36,195 nt of DNA from Asterionella formosa (lineage: Eukaryota): positions 1 through 36,195 of the forward strand of contig NKIB01015389.1 in the NCBI GenBank assembly GCA_002256025.1, in the 5' to 3' direction. Below the pieces are notes generated by a model, which worked only from the letters and a program-made list of their open reading frames with translations, was not told the origin of the DNA and ran no database searches. Shown piece by piece: positions 11,701 through 23,027 of the stretch. The translations under genes were made by a program, and so were the position numbers. Position 1 is the first letter of the stretch. Each line of letters begins with the position of its first letter.

Positions 11701-11764
11701 GCGTGGATGTGGTGGTTAAAAATTTGTGGTAGAATCATCCCTGGTTCAATTCCCTATGATTGCA
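11701..11764 (+). pseudogene. Degenerate tRNA-like (Gly-like) relic
   Basis: GTGGTAGAAT (A-box/D-loop-like), GGTTCAATTCCC (B-box/T-loop) and a 3' end GATTGCA. No anticodon arm lies between the two boxes. Confidence 0.35.
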
Positions 11765-13962
11765 CTTCTCATGTCAGTTGGAAAATTGGATTGTGAGTGT
11801 TGATTGGGATAAAGACTTCCTTTTTGGTCCCACTTCTGGTTCTATTTGGAGTATCCATAACTGATAATGATTCTGTGGTTTCTAGTATTTCTTTGCCTTT
11901 CTTGTTGTCATTGTCAATGTCATCATAGAATATTTCTGTGAGCAGCACATCCAACTCTGGCTCAATTTCTTCATCAGTAACTTTGTGATTTTTCTGTCTT
12001 CTTCTTCATTCTTCTGGTCAAAGTTGAGCACATCACCATTCTTGCATTCTACTTCTTCCTCTGAATTAGTTCTCATTTTCTCGAAAAAGCTAAAATTATG
12101 TTTTTTCTTCTTTTTCTCTTGTTGTCTTTGTGTCGTTCTTCTTCTGTTCTAGTTGTGTCCATACCTTCTCCATCATTTCCCCTTTGTAAGTGCTTTGTAA
12201 AATGCCAAATCGATAACCATGCAATCAATTTGTTCCCTTCTCCTTCATTTAGCATTGTCTGCTTTTTCCATGGCCAAGTTTAGCTTAGGGATGAACATTT
12301 TGAAGATATGATTAAGGATTCATGAGGCAGCAATAAGTAGGCAATATTTCAGAGTTGAAGCCGTAGAATGTACAGACGTATAAATGCATATTCATCACTC
12401 ATGTTATTGTTTGCCCAAAATGGCAATGACAACATGGTAAAGCTAGACATATTGAAAATACATGTTCACCAAATAATTATCATTAGTCACTCATTGAAAG
12501 ACAAGAAAATCTCCAAGTAATGCACATCCTCAGCAGCATACAGGTTGATTCTAGGATTTGGGTACAGAAAGCTGAGTGGTGCTGATGGACTGCATTGTAT
12601 ATTTACTTTTTGATATGGTAAGGAAGAAACAAGTCCTCTCACAATTAATGTTACAAATGACTTGGAAACAGTAGCTCAACTTCCTCCAGAATCTTGCACA
12701 CTTACACACTTTTCATTCATGTTTTTTCTTTTTGCTGTACATGGCGATAGAGATGCAATGTGGGAAGTTCTTTTTTGAAAAATTCTTATATATTGGGGGA
12801 GGATAAATGAAATTTTTTGAATTCTGAAGATGGCAAGAGTTGCTGCAAGCAATGACCCAACCTCAAACATTATTTCCCCCTGTTTTGTGACTGGTATCCA
12901 TTCTTACTCCCGACTTTTTGGAATTTCGCTTGATTCTAGGTTCCGAGTTCTTGTCGCAGACTCTGTGAAATGCAGTGCTTCATGTTCCGGACTTCATTGA
13001 AACATTTTGTGTTTCACGGTTCTGTTTTTTGTTCATGAATTCTCCATAAAGGAAGCCAAGCCTCCTTGTCTTCGGTTCTCGCTCGTTTTCCGCCGGGAAC
13101 TACATACAATTACACATGCTCAGTCATGCTTCCTGGTACTCCGAGTACCACCAGGGTACCTGGTACCAGGTACCAGTAATTGATATGCTGCGTAGAGATG
13201 TACATGGTACCGTATTCCGGCTTTCCATACACAGATACGGAAGCTTGTGCACCGTTCCAAATACCTTGAAGTAGATGCATCAATGTATTGTGACCCGTGA
13301 AAAGTGACACAAGGAACCCGATGTGGTTAATATTTGCCATGAAGGAAAGTATTTTTTGCGATCCCTCCCTCCGCAAGGATACTTTCAATCTGTAAGGAAC
13401 AATGTATAATTCCTCCGAAACGAAAATCAAGGTAATGCATGTACACATGTCCTAGATACTGGTATACAGCTACCGGGTAGACGTGTTTGATATGAAAAGC
13501 AAATTGTCCAGTATTCGTTGAACGAGTAAGCCTTTTGTTGTCATAGCTCAAAACACCTCCACGTATATACTCCTACATAAAAGCCAACCTGGAAGGTAAA
13601 AGACGACACTATATAGGAGTCGAGAAAAATATGTCCGGAAATGATAATAGGCAATAGGCAGAATCTGAAATCAACCTGTTTTGTCATTCGGTCATAGAGC
13701 ATCTCAGATTTTAGATACCATTTTTTCAGGACTACACTTGAATGTTCAATATCTTGTGATCCCGGAAACGATGTCTTCGTACACAACAAGAACAATCATG
13801 AGATCTGCCTTTACTGAACAATAAATAAGTGTCCGCCTTCAACATGGTCATTCGCATCGCTTGGCTTGAAACACAAGCAACGATCAAGCAACAAAACTTT
13901 TGAACACAAAAATCAAATTACCAGTGAAATACATGCACAATTGCAACATGCATGCCAACATT

Positions 13963-14802
13963 ATGTCGTCACAATATGGTGAGTCGATGTTCGATGCTGA
14001 AGAAAAGACCTACATTTACACGGACGAACCAACTAAGTTCGATATTTTATGCGGGCGCGACAAGCTAAGTTTTAACAATGCGGGAAATATTCGTTTTCGT
14101 TCTGTTGTCATCTTAAACCTTCAAAAATACAAGATGTCGGAATGTAAATTTGAAAGGTCAAGAGTTGTCGACGGGATTAAAGGCGAACTTCAAAAAACTG
14201 GGGGACGTTTCCTAAAATTTGATCGCAAGGCACGCCGGTGGAACAAGCTGAGTGGACGAGAAATTTCTGATAAGATCAGTCATGCACTCCGCGACAAGCA
14301 TCCTCCGATGATTAGCGCGAAGTTGAAAATGGGCAAGGCGCCTCTCTTTAAATTGAGAATGACGCCTGTGAATTCTGGCACATCTACCCTAATTCAAAAA
14401 GGTGCAATGAACAAATTATCTTCTTCTACTAATCGAGATTATACAAGCACTTCCGAAGACACCACCCTTCCAAACGCGATGCCACTTGGCGATACAAATA
14501 CAACAGGATTATCCACTCAGAAAAGAGGATCTTCACAAGTTTCAAATTTTCGACGTCGGCCCAAACTACTATCTGTGCACCATCGTATTGCACCAAATTT
14601 TGTTGTTACAGCAAGGACGCAAAAGAATGCGCCATTCATCAAAACCATTTCATCCAAAGGAGTTCTTTTTTCAGAATCTCTGAAAGGTTTGTGGGCGTCT
14701 GTTGAATTAGATCATGTCGAAAGGGATGAGTTCATGGATGAAATAAACGCATTGGATTTCAGCGGAGTAGGCGACCATTACCTCGAGTATCTCGATCTTT
14801 AA
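13963..14802 (+). CDS. DUF6824-domain protein (diatom-expanded family)
   Basis: PTKFDILCGR...NNAGNIRFR...GGRFLK...W...DKISHALRD is the family pattern, followed by a low-complexity tail. The start is uncertain; upstream in-frame ATGs exist at 13933 and 13948. Confidence 0.85.
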   Translation: MSSQYGESMFDAEEKTYIYTDEPTKFDILCGRDKLSFNNAGNIRFRSVVILNLQKYKMSECKFERSRVVDGIKGELQKTGGRFLKFDRKARRWNKLSGREISDKISHALRDKHPPMISAKLKMGKAPLFKLRMTPVNSGTSTLIQKGAMNKLSSSTNRDYTSTSEDTTLPNAMPLGDTNTTGLSTQKRGSSQVSNFRRRPKLLSVHHRIAPNFVVTARTQKNAPFIKTISSKGVLFSESLKGLWASVELDHVERDEFMDEINALDFSGVGDHYLEYLDL

Positions 14803-15231
14803 ATTAAAGCGTCCAGGATCGAAACAATGTGTTTACTGCTGCAGAATTTTTCCAAATGAGATAACTATTATATTATTTCTTAGAAATTATCACTTTTATC
14901 AACGAAGAAAGGCAAAGACTTGCTTATCTAATATGGCGACCGTCCACAAAACAATATAGCTAAAGTGCCACTATTTACCAGGTTCGTGGCAATTTCAGGC
15001 AACGTGCCGATTTGAAACTAACAGCAACAGTGTCGACTGACTAGGCCTCATTATGTGTGATAATCAGATTCTTCACGGTTTTGATGGCATACATGATTGC
15101 TTGGACGTGACGGTGAATTCAATTTGATTTGACGCTTCGTTCACCAAAATGATGTCATAAAAATCTTTAGTGCTTAGATGATTTTCCTTCAAGTACTAGA
15201 ACGCAGTCTCGGCAAAACTAGATCACTATAA

Positions 15232-15846
15232 TTAGCCTATTTTCCATGGATTATCCCAAGGTGGTTCAAAGAAATCCAAAAAGTTCTTGGTCTTTTCAGG
15301 GTCTGCTGCCGTCGGAGTCTCGAACATGAGAATAACGTCGTCGCATCCAAATTTGAAATCATTGGATTGGATAGCACCCACAACTGTGTCAAAATCAAAC
15401 TTTCGGGCAGGGAGCATCCGTCGTTCCCATTTTGCACCAATGACTTTGACAGCAGTGACTGCAATCAAGACATCTCCGGGTTGAATCCGTCCTTGCCTTG
15501 CCGCTAGGCCATCTTCGACAAGTTCCTTCACGTATACGCCCTGACCAGCGTTGAGTTCCTCAAAGACAATACCCAAAGGCTTGGTCAAGCCTACCTCGTA
15601 AACACCAGGGGGGAACTGAAAGATTTCAGGAAATGCGTCGCAATCTTCCTTGGGAAAAACAGACATCCAGCTTTTGAAGCTCTTATAGAACTTAAATTGT
15701 CCCTTTCCAAAGCTATTTCCAGCATTCCAGAAAGGCGATGTATCGAACGCATGGCAAGAAAGATTTCGAGTAAACTCCGCCGATGGCTTGACAACAAATG
15801 AGTTGGAAACGGCGATATAGTACGCCAACGCGAGAAGTGTTTTCAT
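15232..15846 (-). CDS. Plastid-targeted PDZ-domain protein
   Basis: MKTLLALAYYIAVSNS-FVV is a signal peptide plus Phe. LTKPLGIVFEE...GVYVKELVEDGLAARQGRIQPGDVL is a PDZ domain. The true start is probably the ATG at 15846 rather than the track start at 16080. Confidence 0.85.
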   Translation of the reverse strand: MKTLLALAYYIAVSNSFVVKPSAEFTRNLSCHAFDTSPFWNAGNSFGKGQFKFYKSFKSWMSVFPKEDCDAFPEIFQFPPGVYEVGLTKPLGIVFEELNAGQGVYVKELVEDGLAARQGRIQPGDVLIAVTAVKVIGAKWERRMLPARKFDFDTVVGAIQSNDFKFGCDDVILMFETPTAADPEKTKNFLDFFEPPWDNPWKIG

Positions 15847-17490
15847 CGTTGGATCGACTGCTAGCGCGAAAGGATGGCAAAGAAAGAAAATGAAGAGTTT
15901 CCTTACGACAATTGAGACTGAGGACGGTATCTTGATTGATTTGGTTAACAGGTGACTACCGGTATTGTGTTGTTGCCATCGTGGCCGTCTTTCAATTTCG
16001 ACGTGATCATGACGAAGGGAATCAAATTGCCAATGTACATTCCGGTAATAGTGGTACGTACACACATTTAAGATGAACAATGTACCTGGTACCGATACCG
16101 GTATTTAAAGTGTACGTACGAATACTTCGTGTGGCTGCATTTCCTATCTTGAATACAGGTATTTTATATTTACCATTATAGTCAAACGCAACTCCTAACA
16201 ATTCATATGTACTCTCTCTGTTCAGCAATAGTTACAACCCAAACGTTATGTCGCAACATGCTTCTCATGAAGCGCAAGCTTCAATAATTCTCCAGATAAC
16301 AGTCCTTCCAACTTAAAATTGTTGCAAATTGAATGATGTATATAATTAATATGTTGTAAGTAGTCTAGAATTAGGTGAACCTGACCTTGATTTTTAGGCG
16401 CATTTTCATAGAATTGTGCTCCCTTGGGAATGTTTGCTCCAGGCCCCTCAACCGTTCACTTACCAATAGACATAAGAAGAAGGATTGAACACAGAACAGC
16501 AAAGTACATCGTTGAATGATTGCTTTGCAACCTCAAAAGGGAGGCTGATGAGATCATCAACATGGATGGCCGGCAACTTGTCATAATCCGCCGGGCATGT
16601 ACAAAACTTTTGCTACTGTATATCATTTGAAGTCTGTAGAATAAATTATTTTTTGTCCAGAAACGCATGCTTATTAGTTTATTTATCTATACCACTTTGA
16701 AACTAATAGCCAACATGACATACACAGACACAGGGTCAGCACACTGGCCAACAAAAATCAACAGCCCAAAACAATCCATGCGTATCGCTATTTAGTAGCG
16801 TTATACTTGCCTGATTTACTAATCTAACCAACACACCTGTCACCAGCATGGTCTTGCGTAGAAAATGCATATTGCTTCTACAGAGCCCGCTCAAAGCCGC
16901 TTCTTATTCCCTCGCTTTGGTCTAGCAATTCTGGGGTTAGGCCAGTACACAATGAGCGATCCAGCGCAACCTATTTGGATATTTTTATGTCAGCCAGATG
17001 TGTAAGACTTCGACTATGGCAGAACTCGCCATAGATGTATTTGCTTCAGTATTGAATATTTTGATGTTATCTTGATTGAGTGGGCTAGATATTGTCACTA
17101 ACTTATAAAATCATATATTCAATAAATGCTACTAGTCAGATATTTTACTTTGAATTCAAAAAGCGTCAAATGAGAACTAAAACATGGCAATTTACTTTCA
17201 AGTCCCTGTCCTTCGTCTCTTTACTATTAAGGATTATAATATCTTGAACATCTAAATTCAGATGTTTTGTGTTGCTTTGACCGAATGAAGGTTTGAATCT
17301 TTTGACCAAGATGTGCTTGATGGAAGCTCAGCGGAAAACCCAGTATCATCCCAACAATTTTGGTGTCATTGGGCGCTGGAACGCGGGGATCAGCACCACT
17401 TTTATTCGTTGGAATGGTACAATGGGACCTGTTCTTGGTTCATTAGCCATACCTCCAGAACCCTTGGAACTACACAAAAAGAAAGACAGG

Positions 17491-17552
17491 TGGAGAATGC
17501 AGGAATGGAACCTGCCACCTCGGAAGGCATGCTAACCAACTAAGCAAACCCC
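17491..17552 (-). pseudogene. tRNA-like relic lacking a full anticodon arm
   Basis: Minus strand reads GGGGTTT GCTTAGTTGGTTAGC ATGCCTTCC GAGGTG GCAGG-TTCCATT-CCTGC ATTCTCCA, with a D-arm and a perfect 5-bp T-stem. Confidence 0.5.
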
Positions 17553-17604
17553 TTACCTTAGTATTGACTTGTACAGAGATGGTAATTTATATTCTGATAG
17601 GCTC

Positions 17605-17662
17605 AGGGAAATGGCTTAGTGGTAAGCTTCTGAATTGGTGGTTTTGATTCCCAAATTCTCCA
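17605..17662 (+). pseudogene. tRNA-like relic lacking the anticodon arm
   Basis: A-box TGGCTTAGTGG, B-box-like GGTTTTGATTCCC, and the same 3' end ATTCTCCA as the neighbouring minus-strand relic. Confidence 0.45.
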
Positions 17663-18306
17663 CTTGCTTTGTTTTTGTAGCTCCTAGGGTTCCAGGTGAA
17701 GAGGCAGACAGACAAGTCGAGTTCTTTAACAAACCATACTATAAAATTTACTTAATAATTGCATATACCAGTAGGCTCACAGCATCATGAATCTTAGGCT
17801 ATTAACAAGGTACCGGGTAGAATGACATCACAAGTGATTTGACAAATAACCTAATCCGTCTGTCCTCGAAAATGTACATAAATGAATATGAATATATCTA
17901 GAAAACAGTATTTCAGACATTGACCCGCCATTCCTTGAAATCACTTTTCTAGCAGTTCTATTGCCATTGTACCTTCAGATGTACCAAGTATTCAATAAGA
18001 ATTCGAATACAAAAGCCGGCTTGATCAATACAGCTCTGACACTAGTAGCTAGTAGCTCTAGTGAATTAACCGGTCTGAAATTGGATTTAATTTAATTCTA
18101 GTAGTCAGAAGAGTCAAACAAACACCCTAACTCAAGGGGAGGCTTCCACCAAACGCAGGTCTATCCACGCAATATATTCTCCTCTTCAAACTTCACCATT
18201 CATTTGGATGGAATGGGAAAGCCATCCAGAGACTAAATCTTGCATTTATGTCGTTGCTGTGATGTGATCATGCCAATAAATTTCAATGCAATAAACAAGA
18301 CTGTCT

Positions 18307-18346
18307 CCATATAGGCTTGCAAAACACCATATAGGCTTGCAAAACA
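18307..18346 (+). repeat. Tandem duplication, 2 x 20 bp (CCATATAGGCTTGCAAAACA)
   Basis: Two exact adjacent copies. Confidence 0.9.
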
Positions 18347-19247
18347 TCGTAAAAATTGTGGTTAAGAGTAAGTACTGACCCAAAGTGCCGATACTTTTTC
18401 AAATCATGAAAACACTGGATATTATGCAAGCGTTCGTTTTAACAATGGCATAAGGTGATTGGCACTTTCAGGGTGAGACCTGGCTTTTGTGCATGGGACA
18501 GTTGCCAGCAAATATCACTCGTAAGATGTAAATGAATTATAGATAAAAGTAAAGCAACATATGTAGTACATGGTGCAGTATTGAGATATCAGAGCTGAAC
18601 ATTCATTTATGACATACTTATAGTGCTGAGGGTTCATGTCCATTGTCACAGGAATTCAAATGGCACATACCAGTATCACAACTTGGGTCAAAATCAACAA
18701 TTTGGGGCATTCCCTATGTTACATTAGCTTCATCATAGGAAGGGTCTCCCCAAATAAGTTAGTTTTGGGGGTGAATGTTGCTACATTGTGGGGTATTTCC
18801 CATTTTTTGTCGCTTTGTGTCAACCAAAGAATCAAGGTAAGCCATAATTTTGGAAAATACCACAAATTGCCATCATAATTGATATCCCAAACAGCGTCAG
18901 TCCCATTTGTTGTTGAAAGGGAAAAGTTTATTCTTCCCACAGGATATCAAGACCAAAAGGGAAAACGGCAAAGCTTGACCAAGTGTGTGACAGTATATAT
19001 TCATGTGCCCCATAGGATTACCATGGTGTCTTCTCTGGATTCTTTTACATTGTTCATGACTTCAGATTTATTCAAAGTGACCAATAAATGCTTAATCAAT
19101 CACTGTGTCTAACATGAGATTTAATAACTTTGTGGAAGCAACGTGCAGATGTTGTGGAGCAAAAAACAATTCTTCAGAGTATCAGCTTTCATGATCTTTT
19201 TGCAAAGAATAAAGTTTCTTCTGAGTTGATCAGTTGAATACTGTAGT

Positions 19248-21050
19248 CTATTGTAGCTGATGGAGAAAGGATGCAATAAGTTGTTGAGAATTCATGTCTA
19301 ACAATCCCATATTGCCTTCTAGCTCTGACAAATCAGCTGCATGCTCCTCGGTTGTCTCGCAAAAGTCGCTTGATTCCAAACATCCATTTTCGGCACCTGC
19401 TTCCAGCTTTTCTGATTGCTTGCTTACTTTCAGAGCCTTCCAAAACTGCTCCATTGTTCGTTCTACATCAAATCGACAACCATTCAAGTCTTTGATGACT
19501 TGATTTATGGCAGCGTTTCTTGCCATGTCATCTACCTTACCCAACGGTCGATGAGCTCGACTCCATAAGTGGTAGGTCACTGATTCGGGTGGAGCATAGA
19601 GATTCCATCCAGCACAGAATAAACGTGCTGCCATACTCCATTCCTCACCAAAGAACAAATGTCGAAGTGTGATGTCATAGGGAACTTCGTGCACAGATGT
19701 TGATTTGGAAAAGTTGAAGCCGGCAGCATAAAGATAGCAGGGAATAGGTTTTGACCTTATTGAATGCATCATGCGTCCTCGTTGACGCAAGACCCCGCGA
19801 TCCATCTTCCAAGGCACCAACAATGTCCCTCGAGTTTCGCTTGGTAACTTATTTGGTAAATGATATCCTAGTGGGTAGGCCGTCATCATGCTCTTGTCAC
19901 CAGCAGGTAAAGCATGAATCAAGTATGTGTCCCAGTTGCGTCGAAATCTCATGTGAGAATCTATTTGGAGATAGTAATCTTCTCCCTGCATCAAATGTTG
20001 ACATAGGGCTCGAGCATAACAGGGACCGGCAGCATCCCTAGCGTGTAGCTGCATCATTCGAATATTTGCAGTATTTGGAATGGATTTCAAAATTTCGGCA
20101 TCTTCTTCTGGGTCAACTTGTAGTACAAGTCCGATGATAATACGGCTTGGGTATTGCGCTGTTCGAAGTAACGCCAGAATCGTAGGACCCGTTTCTGAAT
20201 CTCGGTAACTGGCGATAGCAACAAATATTGTCTTGCCTGTAGATGAGTCGTTCTGATAAGAAACAGAGAGCGGAGGTGGACCTTGCCCATCTTCGTTTTG
20301 GGCTGAGATCATTGGTCCTTCTAATATATTGACAGCCTTTCGTAATAACCTCCCATAAACCCAGATAGTCAATGCTGCTCTATCCCTCTTCAAGGAAGGC
20401 AATACTTGATGTTCCACTCCATCACTTCGAAAAATCACCATTCTATTCGAAAATGGCGTAACATCGTAATGGTTTTCGTTTGATTCAAATATTCTCAATT
20501 GTCCTCCATCCTCGTCAGTCCAATCAGGTGGTGTCAAGTAGTAAATGCATGAAATGAGTCGCTGATATTTGTCGGCAAAGTTGGGGCCGATTTCCCTCCA
20601 GCACCTATTCGATCGATCACAATGTCTAGGATATCCACTTCGTCCATCTCCCGGATAAACGGCTATTTGTACCGACGAATGGCTGAACTCCATCGACTCC
20701 CTTAGTTCGTGTCGCACTGTCGCCTCGATGGAGGTGATAAACGTATGCAATAATGGATGATGGACCGCAAATTCAGGTTTTTCTCGAAAATCCTTGGGAA
20801 TAAAACGAGACTTGTCACCGCGTGTCGTAGGTGGTACTCCTGACGCTCCTAATACCACGAATGGATGAACATCACCCTTTGTTCGAGCCGCTTGAAGGTC
20901 GTCCATCCACCCATTGCTGTGAAGTTCGGCTTGAATAGACAACGGTTCAGGAAAAACATGGTCAAGGATATTGTATCCACTAGGACCGCCTTGTAAAAGT
21001 ATTTTTGTAGTGACTGGTGTCCAGCACGAGAGCTGGCCCTTGGTTGTCAT
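19248..21050 (-). CDS. Fusion of a 2OG-Fe(II) prolyl 4-hydroxylase (PhyA/EGLN-like) and a Skp1-hydroxyproline GlcNAc-transferase (Gnt1, GT60)
   Basis: N-half: GYPRHCD (HxD), CIYYLTPPDW, GGQLRIF, VIFRSDGVEHQV, RAALTIW. C-half: TIFVAIASYRD, AAGPCYAR, LQIDSHMRF, YAAGFNF, LFFGEE. Single 600-aa ORF with no signal peptide. Confidence 0.88.
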   Translation of the reverse strand: MTTKGQLSCWTPVTTKILLQGGPSGYNILDHVFPEPLSIQAELHSNGWMDDLQAARTKGDVHPFVVLGASGVPPTTRGDKSRFIPKDFREKPEFAVHHPLLHTFITSIEATVRHELRESMEFSHSSVQIAVYPGDGRSGYPRHCDRSNRCWREIGPNFADKYQRLISCIYYLTPPDWTDEDGGQLRIFESNENHYDVTPFSNRMVIFRSDGVEHQVLPSLKRDRAALTIWVYGRLLRKAVNILEGPMISAQNEDGQGPPPLSVSYQNDSSTGKTIFVAIASYRDSETGPTILALLRTAQYPSRIIIGLVLQVDPEEDAEILKSIPNTANIRMMQLHARDAAGPCYARALCQHLMQGEDYYLQIDSHMRFRRNWDTYLIHALPAGDKSMMTAYPLGYHLPNKLPSETRGTLLVPWKMDRGVLRQRGRMMHSIRSKPIPCYLYAAGFNFSKSTSVHEVPYDITLRHLFFGEEWSMAARLFCAGWNLYAPPESVTYHLWSRAHRPLGKVDDMARNAAINQVIKDLNGCRFDVERTMEQFWKALKVSKQSEKLEAGAENGCLESSDFCETTEEHAADLSELEGNMGLLDMNSQQLIASFLHQLQ

Positions 21051-21394
21051 TGTCGTACGAAATAATTTTAGAAAAAATAAAAGGAAAAATATATTTCGTC
21101 CCCCTCTTTTTGATAAACCCTTAAACCCTAGCCTACAGCGTTAGGGGAAGCAACTCCAACTGCCTATCGGTAGGAAGGCGGCACAAGCTGCTTATAGGGG
21201 GGGCAAGACCGTGTGAGATGGTAAGGAGTGTGAGAGTCAAACCAAACAATAGCTTCTCAAAAAATCGCGGGAATCAAACCACACAACTTCAGATCAAAGG
21301 CAACCTGCTCTACTGACTAAGCCATTCCCTGCGGTGGATATGGTACTTTTAAATTGAAATTAGGCAACAATGGCGATTTGAAAGCGTTGTTCTT

Positions 21395-22600
21395 TTGAAA
21401 GAAATCATGCTTGCTTTCTCATTCAGGCTCAAATATGATGTGTTTATGTTGGATTGTACCTACAAGACAAATCGATTTGGAATGCCTTTACTTAACTTTG
21501 ATGGGATCATTTCCACCTTAAAAATATTCAATGCTGGTTTTCCTTTTTTGTCTGCCAAAAAAGAGGAAGATTATTGATGGGGACTCTCAAAGCATTTGGG
21601 TCAATTGTAGACCAGCCTAAACTCCTAATCACAGACCAAGAGTTTGCACTGATGAATACACTTGCTTAATAGCTTCCAAATCGCACACATTTGCTATGCA
21701 TTTGGCATATCAGCACAAACATTTTTTATGAACACAAGGACAGATAACTGGGACTCTGAGGAAAGACTCAACAACTTTGTGTCCAACTGGGTAAAAGTGA
21801 CTTTGAATGTAAATGGCAGGTCCTGGGATAAGTACGCCTCTCTTGCATCAAGTTATTTGTTTTATGTTACCATAACTTGGATTCCTTTATAGGAAAAATT
21901 GGTGTTGTGTTGGGCAGGCAAACACTTCATCTTGGGTTGGTTACCTTTTCTAGAGTTGAAGGGAACCATGCTGTTTTGAAGAAGTATCTCAAGCACAGAC
22001 ACAATGACTTACCTATGTCTATTCAAAAGATATAATCAATGCTTCACAACAAAATCACAGAGATTAATTCTTTGATAGGAGGGAAAGAGATGATGCAGAT
22101 AACGCACCAGCATACTGACCAATGATTGCTGCATTGACTCGAAAATGTCGCAACATGCACTAGATTTGTTCATGGTGGAATTTGAAGCTGCCAAGAATGT
22201 TGAAACCCAATTTTACAACTGAAGCTTCAGCAAAAATATACCATCTACAACAAAATGCAGAGCTTATTGGACACATTCCAAAGCACCAAATTTCATGAGC
22301 ATTTGATGCTTCATTACAAGGTTCCATCATCAGCAGCCATTGTCTCCTCTCCATGACAGAAACGACTGAATTCAATCCAAGAGACCCTATATTCAGTAGC
22401 AAAGACTTGAGGAAGCTATTTCTTGACTGCTGGATGTGGTGCTTTCTAATCCAGTGGTCAGCATAGTTAGGAAGTGTGGACGCGATCCAGGCTCTAAAAA
22501 CCGTGCTTATCAATGAGTCACAATTAGAATATGTCAGTGGCAATCAATGTGGTAATTGCAGGGTGAATGGGCAAATTTCACGAACCTATCCAAAATGATT
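21395..22600 (+). mobile_element. Decayed MULE/Mutator-family transposase
   Basis: Fragments across stops and frameshifts: MLDCTYKTNRFGMPL, LITDQEFALMN, HLLCIWHI, SRVEGNHAVLKKYL, and a degenerate C-terminal knuckle QCGNCRVNG at about 22545-22575. No TIRs were identified. Confidence 0.85.
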
Positions 22601-23027
22601 GTTAAATTCCGATACACACACATATTTTTAGTAAATCATACACCATGTATACATCATGTATTAGTCAAGCATGTACCGATACGTAGTCTCGAGAGCACAC
22701 CCCAGGATATTACCGTGCAATGAAGTCTAGGCAATATTTTACCTGGTGTGCCGGTAGTACTTTACATGCATGGCACAGGTATCTATTACATATTCGTACA
22801 GTACCTGCTACCTGGTACGAGTACCAGTACCAGGGTATTCTTAAATTTATTATGTGGGGTACATGATAATAGTTTCTAAATCTTCAGTACCCGTCACCCT
22901 TGCTTCAGCATGATGAATGAATCACATCTTCCTCGCGCCGGGGCATTGGTATACCGGTACTGTAGGATACTAATACATACCACCGGTCACAAAAACTATT
23001 TAATATTTCCCGCAATCCACCCTCACC

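Noticed and set aside
11769..12283. K/E-rich short ORFs as a real gene
   Set aside because: Fragmented across frames with no recognisable domain or convincing splice model. Likely decayed sequence.
17491..17662. Functional tRNA genes
   Set aside because: About 60 nt long, with no anticodon stem-loop and imperfect acceptor stems. Kept only as relics.
21115..21130. Telomere-like AAACCCTTAAACCCTA
   Set aside because: Only two imperfect units, interstitial. Insufficient for a telomere call, and no matching TIR was found.
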